Positions 13,701-27,237 of a DNA stretch of 64,000 nucleotides are shown here, piece by piece. The position numbers and the translations under genes were made by a program. The notes below the pieces were generated by a model. The model ran no database searches, was not told the origin of the DNA, and was given only the letters and a program-made list of their open reading frames with translations. Origin of the DNA: Epiperipatus broadwayi (taxonomy: Eukaryota; Animalia; Onychophora). Each line of letters begins with the position of its first letter. Positions within the stretch are counted from its first letter, which is position 1. Location of the stretch: contig JAQFVV010000006.1 of the NCBI GenBank assembly GCA_028023455.1, positions 1,674,001-1,738,000 of the forward strand. The letters run 5' to 3'.

Positions 13701-15133
13701 TGCTTTACCTAATGCAAGCTATCGGAATGAGAAAATTGGAATACTTACTTTTTGTTTATCCGTTCATTTTTTGGTTGTTTTAGAAATACTGAAAAAAATA
13801 ACCGGCTTGCTATTTGTTTACATAAATTCATTGCGATGTCCCAAGATGTTATACAGGAAGTTGTAGGACTGGCATGTGATATATCTCATCTTTAACCATT
13901 TATTCTTTACCTTTCTGACTTTTTGTTTTTCTAGAGTTAGAATGAATATACTTTATGAGTGTGATCATGATGAGGACATTTTGTATTGGGCTGCCTCTAA
14001 TGAATGACAGCCATGTTCACTTTAACCTATTGCAAAAAAAAAAAAAGCATGTGAATATATATATTTTTTTCAGCAGATCTGTGGCATACTATATACAAGA
14101 AGTCATGTAATGTTAAATTTTCCGGCAGCCTATCAGTATTGACAGAGCTCAAATGTTATTTGTAGATTCAATTTCAATATAGAATTGTATACTGGTTAAG
14201 GTTTATACAAATATATATCTTTGTATGTGGGTGGGATACACATGTATACGAGAAGGAAATATCTCAACTCTCTTCCACACTCCTCCAAATACAATTACTT
14301 ATATTAGACATATGGTTCACGTTTAGATATCACTTCATATATGAGGGTAAATTCTAGAATTTATTTTAATCAATTTTCAGAAAAGACAAATAACGTCTCT
14401 GTGACCTTTTATATTTTTCAAACATACAGTCATAAACACTGGACAAAAATAATGCAATTAGCAGTTTCTTTACCAGCATATGCAGCAATGTACTCGACAT
14501 AAACTGTAAGTTCTAAATATATATGTGCATTTGTGTGATATTATCTGCTTACTTACCAGATGATTGAACATCATTTCCAATAATTCGGATAATGCATATG
14601 TTATTCATCATCATCAGTTTGCGAAATCATTGCTATATCCTTGTAACCATACCATTCTATCTTCAGCAATTCTTTTCATATTTCCATATAAAAAACATTT
14701 GATTATATTTTAAAGATACAGTTTGTGATCAAACAAAGTACTCAATTATTACTCGAATTAATTAATTAATGGATGTCTCATAATTTAAAGTTACATTCAA
14801 AAATCTGTTATAAGATTTTTGTTTTTATGAAAGCAGTTTTTTTAAAAAGCAAATTTTACACAAACAAACATTTAGGAAAATTCTTCCTTAAATTAAATTT
14901 AAAGATTTTTTTCCAAAAAATATAGTATGATACATTGCACAAGACTAACAATGTACCAAACCACAATTTGAAGTGTGACCATCGATGTTGTTAAGCTGGA
15001 CAAGTATGAAACATTGTAGTGTTCTTTGCATTATTATTGAAATTGAACACATACAGAATTTGAAGTAAATTTGTTACGTTCTAACCCGAAACCTTGCATT
15101 ATCATGTATGCTAAGTATACAAAATCATCTAAA

Positions 15134-15454
15134 TTATGATAATATTAAATCGTGCTATCACCCTTACGACATAAAGCTGTAACAACAAATAGAAAAATAA
15201 ATTAAATGGCTGAGCGCTTTCAAGAATTTGTATATCGTATTTGCATAGAATTTGCATATCATATTTATATAATGATTTCAAAGAACGATCATAACTGGCT
15301 GTGATTATGAGAAGTACATCTTTTTGAAAGCGCTCAGCCATTTAATTTATTTTTCTATTTGTTGTTACAGCTTTACGGTCATAAGTGTGATAGCACGATT
15401 TAATATTATCATAATTTAGACAAACGTAAAGTATAACTCTACAGGTTATTACTT
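15134..15454 (+). mobile_element. Penelope-like insertion with ~96-bp inverted 5' arm, decayed HHR and 13-bp TSD
   Basis: 15128-15223 is inverted relative to 15324-15420. AAAATCATCTAAA at 15121-15133 and 15455-15467. TGGCT-GTGATTA..GAAAGCGCTC-AGCCA at 15296-15340. Confidence 0.7.
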
Positions 15455-15959
15455 AAAATCATCTAAAGTATGTTACAAATTCATTATAAGATTGATGTTT
15501 TTATTAAGCCAGTGGTTTAAAAATGCAATATTTACATAAGCAATCGAAAGGGATGTTAAGATTCCATCCTTCCTTTGTTTTTGGTTTTTTTTCTACTTTA
15601 ATTAACTGATAAATGCCACTAATATTTTTTTTTAATTAAAAGAAAGCATTTCTTAAAAAAATATAGAGATACCTATTGTGCACCATTAAAAACTTCCTGA
15701 ATGGATTCAAATGTCATTTGAAGTGCTACTCACCAGCCCCGTTAGACTGGATAATCTTGAAAATTGCATCATTATGTCACATTATCAAAACTGGATACGT
15801 ACAAAATTTGAAGAAAATTGGTTTTCACAGATATAGCTTTAAAAGGTTTGCAAGATTTGACTCAAAATAAGTGGAAGTCTTAAGTAAAAAAATGACTGTT
15901 TGATCTAATAAACATGTCGTTATATTGTAAATAAATCACCAACCATGATATTTGAAATG

Positions 15960-16517
15960 CATCACATGATCACATTTCCTATACTAGCACATTAATTGTT
16001 GATAAACAGAGCAAAACTCTCCATACAGTATACTGTATGGAGAGTTTTGCTCTGTTTATCAACAATTAATGTGCTAGTATAGGAAATGTGATCATGTGAT
16101 GCTTAATGGTTTAACACCAATCCTGCCTAATGAGATAGTGGTGGCTATAATTGTAAAAGAGCCAAAGACACCAAAATGTATGGGTGCTGAACTGAGTTCA
16201 GACCCATATGACTATATAAGCTATTGAGCTTAGATTGGAAAATATTTTTTGTGTTTTCAATTTCATTCTCATAGTTTTGTAGTTAAGTAGAGCTAAAAGG
16301 TGGTTGCTAGAGGGTTGCATTAGATCCTAAGATCTAGATGCAGTGCTCTCAGATCCAAAACTCCTCACTGACGAAGGCCACAAGCCAGAAACTAGTCTGG
16401 GGATATTGGATGAGTAGGCATTAGATAGGGATTTTATGCACAAGCCTTCTGGCATCCATTGATTACTCTGTTTAGCACAGGTGGCACTACTGTATGGAGA
16501 GTTTTGCTCTGTTTATC
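15960..16517 (+). mobile_element. HHR element family C, complete copy: inverted arm, 457-bp monomer, 30-bp terminal redundancy and 13-bp TSD
   Basis: GATATTTGAAATG at 15947-15959 and 16518-16530. 16031-16060 is identical to 16488-16517. 15959-16102 is a perfect palindrome. HHR at 16352-16411. Confidence 0.9.
16352..16411 (+). ncRNA. Minimal type I hammerhead ribozyme (family C), predicted GUC cleavage after 16397
   Basis: Stem I AUCCAA-AAC-UCCUCA / UGGGGA-UA-UUGGAU; core CUGACGA (16368-16374); stem II GGC-CACAA-GCC flanked by A and A; GAAAC-UA-GUC with palindromic ACUAGU. Confidence 0.7.
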
Positions 16518-16682
16518 GATATTTGAAATGATTGAAATTTTATATTAGAAATCATATCTAAAATATTCAACAAATCAGCCTACAGTTTCAAATAAAATAT
16601 ATATAAAAAAAAGACACCTGAATCGATTCTTGGTTTCTCGGATCCCATATTAATTTCATAAAACCGCGGAAGGTAGTTTTAA

Positions 16683-16882
16683 ATCATCATCAACCATTAT
16701 TAATCCACTGCAGGATGAAGGTCTCTCCAAGTTCAATCCGTCTTCTCAGATCTTTAGCTTCTCTTCTCCACTTCACCCTGCACACTTTCTTATTTCATCC
16801 ATCCATCTCACATGCGGTCTCTTTCTGGGTCTTACAATCTCTCGGAATCCAATTTAAGATTTCAATTGTCCATCTGTTATCA
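16683..16882 (-). mobile_element. RTE-clade LINE 3' end with (GAT)n tail
   Basis: Reverse complement is homologous to 48330-48520; ATCATCATC tail at 16683. Confidence 0.75.
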
Positions 16883-17539
16883 TTATTATTAGTTTTAAAT
16901 AATCAAGAAATAAAATCTAACAATTTTAATAAATCCATAAACAAATTAACTAAATATGTATGTATGTAAACGAAAAATAGTATTAACATTTTTTTTTTTT
17001 TTTTAAAAAAAACTTTATAATATTTAGAAATCATTAATTTTTAATCATTTTAAACTTTCGAATTCTTTCTCTCCTTTTTTTCTCTCTTCCGTTTATTGAT
17101 TATTAGTATGTTTCGCAACATCTACATAATAGATTAAGTCAAAGAAATTACCAGAAATGTCTTTTGGCGAGTAATCTGTCATTGGGTTTAGTCAGCTAAA
17201 TAGTGGTGCGAATTTAAAATTCTATTATAATTTAATTTGTTTGAAAACTCATCAGTTAATCAAATTGACATGAGGATGTAAATTCTAAATATTTGAATCC
17301 AAAAAGAAATTAACAATTTATATGTATATAAAAAATATTAATTGGTTTGTTGTTTAACAGAGAAACTATTTCACTATTTCAAACGTTTGACAATTAACAG
17401 GAAGTATTTTCTAGCAATCGATGGAATAAGAGATTGCATCATTTTATGCTGTAAAGTTTTTACGTAGGGAATTAAATATTTATTAATTAAAGAAAATGTC
17501 TACATTAATGATTCCACAGTAATATTAGATCCCTAAAGA

Positions 17540-17745
17540 TGGTAGATGACACTGAGTTTCTTCCTCGCAGTGGTAGGGTTGGGACATTGAGAGTAAAGAT
17601 TCCTAGCTATTGTAGCTTAGGAAAGATGACAGATTCGTCTGTTGAATGGGATAACTATTGAATACATCTCGCCACTTGAATGTGTCACCATCTGAGGTGC
17701 TAGTTAATTTAAGCACTTGGTCTGGGGATCGAATCTGGACTCTGT
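17540..17745 (-). mobile_element. Possible tRNA-derived SINE remnant
   Basis: B-box-like GATTCGATCCCC on the minus strand near 17720-17735, followed by a GC-richer body. No TSD found. Confidence 0.35.
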
Positions 17746-18856
17746 GAAATTTTTTCGGATCCCAGACAGGCTTAAGATTTTTTTTTTCCAGGTGAATAAT
17801 TCATAGCCAGTTTAGTTAATCATTCAATTTTTAACAGTAAATTGGTTTCTTAGCTATTCATGCTTTATCTAAAATATAATATGATTTTAATGTGGTGTAG
17901 TTTTCATTAGGTAGTGTTTTGGAGAAAGTTGTTCTATTGCTATGAGGATTGAACCCATGATATTATTACTTTTATTTTTATACAGTAGAACCATTGTTAT
18001 GTTATAATGGTCTTCATGATTGTATTGCATATGGTGGTATGTGTGTTTTAAATTCTTCATTTGAAAACCAATTGAAGCAATTGGACTCCATGGGCTACCA
18101 TGACCAATAATATTTAATCATCATGTGCCATGCTCACACAATTTGTTTTAACACTTCAAACATTGGACCATATAAAAAATATACAAGATCCCTTACATCA
18201 TTTTAATATATAAATTGTTCAATTTTCTGATATACCTCTAAATTTGAGATTCTTGAACATGTTCTAGTAGAAGAATAACAGATTTGAAAGTTAAAATTTC
18301 TAGTTTCATTTCAAATTGCTTTAAACAGCTGTTATGCTCAACATGCCAATTTAGTCCTCAAACAACGTGTAATTTTCAAATAATTGACCATACAATTATA
18401 TCTTTTAATTGAAGCAAAAGGTGGCATAAATAATTAGAAGTTCCAGAAATATTTAAAAGAAGTATTACAAGAAACATCCATTTATTTTATAGTGCCAAAT
18501 CAAAAACTTGTAGCCTTTTGGTGAAGATAAAATATTTCTAATAGGGCTCTCAGATAAATTATTTTGATGAATAACAAACAATATTATCATCCTGCTATTT
18601 TGTTCAGATCTATAATTTTGGGTCCTTACTGAGTTTTGTTTATCGGGCTTGATTATAAAATTTGTATTAGCTTGTGTTTTGTTGTTTCTTTTACAAATTA
18701 ATTACAAACAAACACTATCAATTGATAGGCATCACATTTTAAAAGTGTTTAGTTACAAGATTTTTGTTAAATTTGTGGTGAATACGATGCTCTTGTTTGT
18801 AGAAAATATGTCCATACTAAACTTCTCAATGCTTAAATATTACCTTGAGAAATATT

Positions 18857-19500
18857 ACCCTTAAAACATCACATGATCACCATTTCCGGTGCTTACACTC
18901 ATTGTTTAAACAGTAGCAAACTCCATAGAATAGTGTCACCCAGTGTGCAAGCCTTAGTAATCAAAGAAGGTTTGTGTGCAAAATCCCTATCTGGTGCCTC
19001 TTTGTCCAATATCCTCAAGCTTGTTTCTAGCTTGTGGCTTTCATCAGTGAGGAGCCGTGAATCTGAGAGCACTGTACTTAGATCTTAGGATGTAATATTC
19101 CAGTTGCAACCTTTTACCCATAAGATGATGGTGCATGTGGTTTTTAAAAAGCCAAAGACATCAAAATGTAGAGATACCAAACTGGGTTTAGATCTATATG
19201 ATTATGCAAGCAGATGAGTGATTGAAAACGTTATTATGTTATCATCTTTGGCTCATAGCTTTATTGCTAACTAAATAAATAAAAGGTGGTTGCTGGAGGA
19301 TTGCATTAAATTCCAAGATCTAGCTACAGTGCTCTCAAATCAAGGGCTTCTTACTGATGAAGCCACAAGCTAGAAGCTAATCTGAAGATATTTGATGAGT
19401 AGATACCAAGTAAAGATTTTATGTACAAATTTTCTTGGATCCATTGATTATTAAGCTCACACTAGGTGGCGTTACTATATGGAGAGTTTCCTCCTGTTCA
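18857..19500 (+). mobile_element. HHR element family C, older copy with ~250-bp inverted 5' arm and 11-bp TSD
   Basis: TGAGAAATATT at 18846-18856 and 19501-19511. 18860-19110 is inverted relative to 19290-19500. Decayed HHR in both arms. Same 3' end as the 16517 copy. Confidence 0.85.
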
Positions 19501-20586
19501 TGAGAAATATTTCTGGTACACTCATGTCTACTTCTATGCAATGATTTACTATTTCACATATTTTTCTACTAGGTATGAGAAGAGAAGTTACCTCAGATAT
19601 GATTTGCAGTTTCAAGTATTCCCAAGATATTTTAAAAATATGTAGGACCACCCATATTTAAAGTTTACTTTTGAATAAACCAACGTTCATTGAAAATGCC
19701 AAAAATAGATTGTGGTTTATCATTTTTAACTACTTATTGATGGGTAGTGCTCTCTATCCATAGTTCATATGAGAAAGATTGTTTACTTCTATCTAAATTA
19801 CATTTACTTTCAAATGCCTTTATTTGGGCCTCAAGACAATTCAAGAGGCATAAGTTTGGATACTACAATGCAATCAACAAGAATTGTTACAAACAAATGT
19901 AGGGAGTGTCGGTGCGTGTCAAGCGCATCCGCACCCATACAATTGATTCCGTGCATATGATTTTTAAACATTCAAGTATAAACATATGGATAGGTGAGCG
20001 GGGTTTTTATGGTTTCAGCTGTGCAGTGATACAAAATTCACCTGCCCTTCCAGACTCACACCCCTAAACCCAACTTCTTATGCTTAAATTATTTTGTTCA
20101 CAAAATTGTCCAATTATACATGTCCATTCCTCCATTAGTTATTCAAAAATTTTGTTATATCAACTGCAATGTTAAACTTTCAGAACACTTTTATTCGTGC
20201 CTCATGACTATTTGGGAGGCATAGCTTGAAAGAAACAATGCAACCACTTCAATTACATTTATATGTCAAAACACTGTGTTTTTTTACTATTTTACTTCAA
20301 CAAGAAACTCCAGCAAAAGAGCTATTATAAGTTAATGAAAAAAAATTGTTTAGCCTCAGAGATTGTTTATTAGTAATAATTGATAGTTTCTTGGTTATAT
20401 CAAAAGCTAAAAGTTATCTCTCTTTACATGGATATAATCTCATTTCTATTCTTTATTATAATAACAATCCATAGAAATATTTTAATTCAATATATATATA
20501 TAAACAACGGAAGTAAATAAACTGAACAAAGGATCAAGAATAAAATGAATCCATCTATTTTCTAGAGCTCTCATGTTTAGCCAGTA

Positions 20587-20631
20587 ACACCTGAAGAAGA
20601 GTAGTGAATAATACTAGTCAAAACATTGTGT
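20587..20631 (+). ncRNA. Decayed minimal HHR (separate Penelope-like family)
   Basis: ACAC-CUGAAGA-A-GAGUAGU-GAAUAAU-ACUAGUC-AAAAC-AUU-GUGU. Two plausible CpG-decay changes would restore GAAACGUU. Confidence 0.45.
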
Positions 20632-21518
20632 AATTACTAACCTGTGTTGTCCATTTGGATGTTATTACTAACAAGTTGTTTGTATTTGAAAAGTGTAAAT
20701 AAAAAGTTTACAATTTTTTATACATTCACCGTTTACTAATAGATGATAGAAACAAATCAACATATTATCACATATCTTTGTCAATATTATTGGTAATTCA
20801 GAGTGAAATTAATATATTAGCCAGATGGAATATGACACTTAATGGTTATTAAATTAACAAATAATTATACATGGCTGGAAACAATCTCTGTTTTAACACC
20901 GTGGTTATAATAATTAAATAATTATATATATATATACATTTATTGATAAATATAGCACTTCAAATTAAATATAAGATAAATTGAATTGATTTTGTACTCT
21001 TCCATATCATGTCTTGTCCTTTTATCAGAATATCTGTGTATAAAATGAATTTATTCTTGGAATCTCAGATATTAAAGAGGCAAGCTTTCTGATAAGTGAT
21101 CTAATTTAGGGTTAAATTTAAATTCACATCAGATGTAAACAAAGCAAAGATGATGGTAAAAATCATTTCATTTTAAAATGGTTTTATTTTTAAAGTTGAT
21201 ATGAATTTACATTAAATCTGTATGTGGAGGTTTTTCCATCATCCCCTAGTGGTTTGTGAGTAAATAGTTTCAAATTTTGTTTCAGTATTAAAACCTTTAT
21301 TCAACATTATGAGTCGATAAATTCTACTTGATTTATTAAAAATATAAGTTTTCATACAAAAGACATCTTAAAAAATTCATATTTAAACTTTCCAAATATA
21401 GAAGGAAATACAATGAAGTGAAATACATAATGAAACAATATCCCAGTGCATACTGTTACCTGAAAATTCAAATGCGAAATATTCAAATCACTCTCCCAAA
21501 TGTTATGTCTTTTCGGCG

Positions 21519-21634
21519 GCAATGCCCTCTGTAAATAAAGTCTGAACTTCAGACAGCACAACTCAAAAAGATATCCTTTTTAATCACACTGTCTGAAGTT
21601 CCAGACTTTATATTTATTTAACAGAAGGCATTGC
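21519..21634. repeat. Imperfect ~40-bp inverted repeat (small MITE-like fold-back)
   Basis: GCAATGCCCTCTGTAAATAAAGTCTGAACTTCAGACAG versus CTGTCTGAAGTTCCAGACTTTATATTTATTTAACAGAAGGCATTGC. Confidence 0.7.
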
Positions 21635-22776
21635 TGAAAAAAACGTTTGGAAGGTGATTTGAACATTTTGTATAATGAAACATTTATTTAGTTTTCCACT
21701 ATATCAAGATGTCAGCCCATATTTTGAAAAATCTACAGTTTTGGCACCCCTCAAAAATGTTTACGAAAAAATGCTTGCTAGGAATTATAATATTCAATGT
21801 TTATATATTTTTTCTTATTGCTGTTATGGAAAAATTAATTACAATATTTACAGAGTATTCTTTTATTTTGGATTAACTTATTAACAGAAAAATGGGAAAA
21901 AATTATAAACACAATATTTACACTTTATTCATGTTGGTTGCATGCAATTATATCATGACTATTTATGCACACTTTCAGGGGAACAGGATCTTTTACCTTT
22001 GGAAATAATCCACTACGTCAGTTCTGTGACTGGAATGTCTCAAATTTACAGAAAAACCTGCTGGCAAAAGAAAACACTGAATGGAATCAAAGTACAGTAC
22101 TGTTAAGAGTGTCTCATCGCTGCCCATGTTATAAATATAAAAAAAATTGAAATAAATCTTAATTAAATTTATCCAAATTTATTTATTTTTTAAATTTAAC
22201 AATCGATTTATTAATTTTGTTTTAATTTAACAATTAACATATTTTTGGTAGATTGTAGGCTCTTGAAACTGTATATTTATCAAAAATCCTGGCTGCCATC
22301 TTGGTTTACTTGAAAACTCACAAGTACCTCTTTTCTTATTGGCTGGTTAAATGTGAGCAAATTATTATAAAGTCATCATAAAGTTATGAAATTCCATCCT
22401 AAATTGCATTTATCACAAAAGTTCCGATCTGCTGTGTTTGTCAGACCATAATACTCATAGTTTCCTTTTTATTATTTCAAATTTCTTAACATGTATTTTG
22501 AATAGTGAAACTTATTTAAAAAAATTAGCGTCCACATGAATATATTTATTTTTTATACAAATACCTTGTGAAAATAATCACAAATATTTAAGTAAATTGT
22601 TAAGTTATGCATTTTTTTTTGTCATGGAGTTTACAACAAAGTTTATATGTCCAATGTCGAAGAATATTCTGATTTTCGAGGCTTTTATTGCCCCATATAT
22701 AAGTTTTTTGGGGGCCTACTAATATATATATATATTTAATTAATAAATCAATATTTATTTTTTTTCCAATTTTTAC

Positions 22777-22930
22777 CATCATCATCATTTTCAACCATTG
22801 TCGATCTACTGCAGGAGGGTCGCTCCAAGATCAATCCATCTCTGATCTCTAATCTTTTTTTTCCACATCACTCCAGCACCCTTCCTTATTTCATCCATCC
22901 ATCTCACATGTGGTCTATTTCTAGGTCTTT
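22777..22930 (-). mobile_element. RTE-clade LINE 3' end with (GAT)n tail
   Basis: Homologous to 16683-16850 and to the reverse complement of 48360-48520. Confidence 0.75.
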
Positions 22931-24334
22931 TATATATTGTGACCTTCCAGGTTGGCACCAGGAAGAAATGTGGGAAGTTCACATTTGTGCTAACAATGGC
23001 TAAAGATAATTATCTGAGAAAAATGAATTGAGATGTAATTTGCTAGTTAAAATTAGGATTTAAAAAAAATTAAAACTTTAATTGGGTGTACTGATTGGTA
23101 GAGTTTTGGATTATATATGTTTGGTAGTAGAAGAGGAGGATGAACAATATTAGGGATGTTTGTATGTAGTAGAAAAATTTACATGTCATAATAAGCAGAT
23201 ACATAGATATATTATTAATTAGAATTTTCTTTCCTATATTTTATTTATTATTTACTGATTATGTATTGTTTAATCTTATATTTAAAATGATAAAGATTAT
23301 TTGTATTTTAGTGAATAAAATTTTTTAAGTAATTTTTTATTTTTTTTTTTTTTTTTTTTTTTTAATTTTTTTTTTTTATATTTTTTTATTAAAAATTGTA
23401 AAGATGGATAAAAAAAAAAAAGAGGGGGGGGGGGGGGGGGGAGGAGGGGGAAAGAAGAAAAAAAAAAAAAGAAAAAACTTAAAAGAATCAATAACTCTCT
23501 AAGAGTATTAGAACAAATATAAAAAAACATCGCAAGGATTCTAATAATATACCTGTGGAGAATTTTCTATTATACTACTGGGATAATATAAAATGAGGAG
23601 ATAAACACCCCTCCCAGAGGGAAACCAGCTCCAAATTTCTGTCAAGCGATGATCTATATTCACTACCTTTAAAATGCCTGGATGATGTGTAAGCTAAATA
23701 ATTATGATTTATTTTAAAGTATTACCAAAAGGAAATAATATCAAAATGACAAAATTGTTTAAAATAAAGCTAACTAAAATTTTCTTATTAAACACTATAA
23801 TTAAACGCTTGATTTTCAATTTTAATAATTTTTTATCAATATTCTACAAAATAAAATTTAAAATGAAAGTGTTTATCTATTTAATCTTATATCAAGAAGA
23901 TAATTTTATACTGTATAACTTTGCTATTCGCGCATATATAATAAAATAATTCCAATGCATGCAAATGTTATTATAATGCCTATCACGGAATTCTAGGATA
24001 AAAAAAAAGACTTGTCATTCTTAACAAATTATGCTTTAACAATCGGATAAACATTTTTTTTTAATGTTATAATTTACTGTTGTCTTTGAAACTAATATGT
24101 ATGTTTCTTTCAACTTTCAAATTTAAAAAAAAAAAAACTTAACATGTAATGATGGGATATTGATAAGTATTTTCGTTATTGATTACAACAGAGGTACAAA
24201 AAATTTTTTTTTTTGTTTTCTTTTAAAAAAAACAAAATGTAACTTCGTATCATTATAATATGATAATCTATTATTTTGTATGATTTAGAAATTATATTAT
24301 AGGTGATTATAGATATTCGGATGTGTGTGTGATG

Positions 24335-24560
24335 CTAGTGTCTGAACCTACCCTGACATCTCTCTGAGGAGTGCCAAAGCACGAAACCATGGTCAGGGGT
24401 TTGGGGAGGGGTTCCTGACAGAGATATTTTAAGTGCTAGCTCTGGCTAAGCATTTATCATAAAGCTTGTAGAGGAATTGGCAATCCTCACTGTTTATAAC
24501 TTACAAGCTTAAGAGATAGGGTCATGTGATCTATAAATTGATCTATGACTCTTATTTTGA
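24335..24560 (+). mobile_element. HHR element family B, 5'-truncated copy
   Basis: About 95% identical by eye to 45932-46146; contains an intact HHR. Confidence 0.85.
24344..24414 (+). ncRNA. Intact minimal type I hammerhead ribozyme (family B), predicted GUC cleavage after 24394
   Basis: CUGAGGA (24364-24370), stem II GUGC-CAAA-GCAC, GAAAC-CAUG-GUC with palindromic ACCAUGGU, stem I AUCUCU/AGGGGU plus distal GAACCUACCC/GGGAGGGGUUC around a UGAC/UU internal loop. Confidence 0.85.
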
Positions 24561-25659
24561 CTAGCTATAAATTATTATTTTAAAAAAAATTGTATTTATT
24601 ATGCTTTAATTTCGTTAATGAAGTTTATTTAAAAAAATAAAGAATTAAAACCTTGTCTGTTATAAGTTGGAGGTAGAAATGGTCAAGGGACGATTAGATT
24701 ATTTAGATTGAGTTTGGAGATATTATTTAACCCTCATGTATATAAGTATAAGTATAAGTGTTTGGTTATTGTTTTCCCTGCCTTTCTTTATTGTTGTATA
24801 GTTAATGTTAGATGATATATACTAATTATAACAGATAAGTGTTGTATTAATTTTTATAATATGTATAAAAGATGATTGATTTATGACATCATCCAAGTTC
24901 TATAAATAAGCTAATAAAAAATATGTTTAGAAATACATTATATTTACAATGTTATAAAAACACACATATTCGAAAATATATGATTCATGTATTAAATATT
25001 AGTCAATTTTGGGTTTACTGTAGAAGAAATGTAATTGGTTAGCAAGGTGCATAAAATAATATATATATTTTTTTATTTATTATTCATTTTGTCTTTTATT
25101 TTTAATAAATGTTTATTGAATTAATAGCCCATATGAATTGCTTGATTATATACATTCGATTCTCCATTTCCACACACACACACATCTGGTTAACATAGCA
25201 TAGCCCTAGAATATCTAAATTTGCCAGTATAAGTCGAGTTTTATTTAATTTGTCTGGAGATGATAAATCATCATATTAAAGTGCTAATAATATATTCTAC
25301 TTTGCTTAGAATAGATGGTGATGTGGATATAAAAGGTACCCGACCCTCATCATTATCTATCCCATACTAAATATGATAATTGATAATTTTGCAATAGTTT
25401 TGTAATTGAATAAACGGGTGGCATATGATTAAATTAGTGTTACAGAATTGTTATCCATAAATGTTTTATTACTTTTATTTGCATCTTATATGAAGACCAT
25501 ATCCTATAACCTCAACTGAGCTAAGCCATAGAATAATTACAATATAAGAATCTTTTAAATAAGTTTAAAAGCAATTTACAATTATAAATTTTATTCTATC
25601 TTGTATAGAATTGGTGCCTGGGCATTTATAAATCTAATAAAGTAAACAAGTGAAGAAGA

Positions 25660-25900
25660 CAGAGGTTACAATATATACAGCCCAACTCCATTTCAGGCTC
25701 TTAATTCTTTCAATGATGTTAGTAACACCAGTTTGTTCTCTCACCCATATATTTCAATTTTGATCTCTTGTTACTATTAGCATATATCTTTCCGTACTTA
25801 GCTGCATGGTCTGAAGTCTCTGGATTGCTCTTCTGTTAAGTGTCCAAGTGTCATAAAACAAGCAAATAACACTAAAGATAACGATAGAGAAATGATTTAA
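25660..25900 (-). pseudogene. RTE-clade LINE post-RT fragment
   Basis: Minus strand translates to ..DTWTLNRRAIQRLQTMQLSTERYML..WVREQTGVTNIIERIKSLKWSWA, same family as 48240-48300. Confidence 0.8.
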
Positions 25901-27237
25901 TGCTTAAGTACCGCCAGTATTGTCACAGTATGTCATGATGCTCTGAATTTCAAAATCTTCAAGATAAACCACATGCCAGAAAAACTTATCTGTTTAATAT
26001 CTGAGATTCCAAGATATTCTGCCATGGGAGCACTGTTGCAATTATATTTCAAGAATTTTGGTTTCTTTCAGGAATTGGCAAAACATAGCTATTAGGTTGC
26101 ACCAGAAATTTAACAGATGATCTTAATCCTGTTTATTCATCATGGTGGGTTAAACATTTCGTGATTTTAAAAGAGACTAAAATCTTCAACTATAAATACA
26201 AATAATTCCAAGGTTACAAAAAAAATAATTTTGAAATTTATCAGTTCCAGCTATTAAATACTTAATTATATTTTTATTGGTAAATCATTGTGATTATGAT
26301 GATGATCAAGAGGCTAGTAACCATCATGGAAGGTGAACATCCATTGATTTTCTTCATAGCCAGCCATTACCTTCCAGCTGCGTAACGACCACAAGAAAAG
26401 AACACTGCATTTAGTTTATACAGCGTAGAGCATATGATGGAAAAGTGATGTAAATTCGAACTCCTTTTTCATTCAATTGTACCTTGTATGCAAAATTTTT
26501 ATTAGGTAGCTCTGACAATGGGTTTTTTCCAGATCGATTCTGACTTCCTGGTCATCTTTTGCTTGGTAAAATCAGCCATATTTATAATACAATTTACGTA
26601 GAAAAATTATTTCTAATAAAATTATTATTATGACAAATATACAATTATTTATATTTATTCTTGTACTAAATGATAGATTATTACCTGATTTTGTTAAAAT
26701 CAACAAGATTAAAATTTCTAAATTGACTTTTCATATTCTATACACCAATATGGTTTTGTATTGAATATATTCTTAATTTCTATAAAACCTTTTATTACAC
26801 ACACAAATATATACATGCGCCTTTAAATGTTTTAGGAAAGTAAAGTTTGTTTACATGTATTTTTAAATCGAATATAATTCACCAAAATTATCGTAAATTA
26901 TACCTTTGGGCAATGTGGGATTACTGACCTAAATTCTTTAATGAATATTTTTATTCAAATTTAACTTTAGCCATGATTTTCAAAATTTAGCAACATGTTT
27001 TATTCTTGTCTTAAACTGTGATCGCCATTTTGGTAACCCTTGGCAACACTATATTCATACTTATAATAATATAAAGTGAAAATTTCTTTTCTCATGAAAA
27101 AAAAAGTTGGGTTCATTTTAACACTACTGAACCAATGTGGTTACTATTGCACTATATTATCACTTTATCCCATTTACTTTGAGGTTCATCATGGAATTTA
27201 ATAAGTTTATATTAATTCCTACATTTGGACTATTTTA

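Noticed and set aside
15959-19500. Family C as a foldback/MITE DNA transposon
   Set aside because: Arm lengths differ per copy, one copy has no inversion, TSD length varies from 11 to 13 bp, and there is direct terminal redundancy plus an HHR.
23297-23530. Poly-F/P/K ORF (also the poly-K ORF 54251-54451 and poly-Y ORF 6514-6762)
   Set aside because: Translations of homopolymer or microsatellite tracts.
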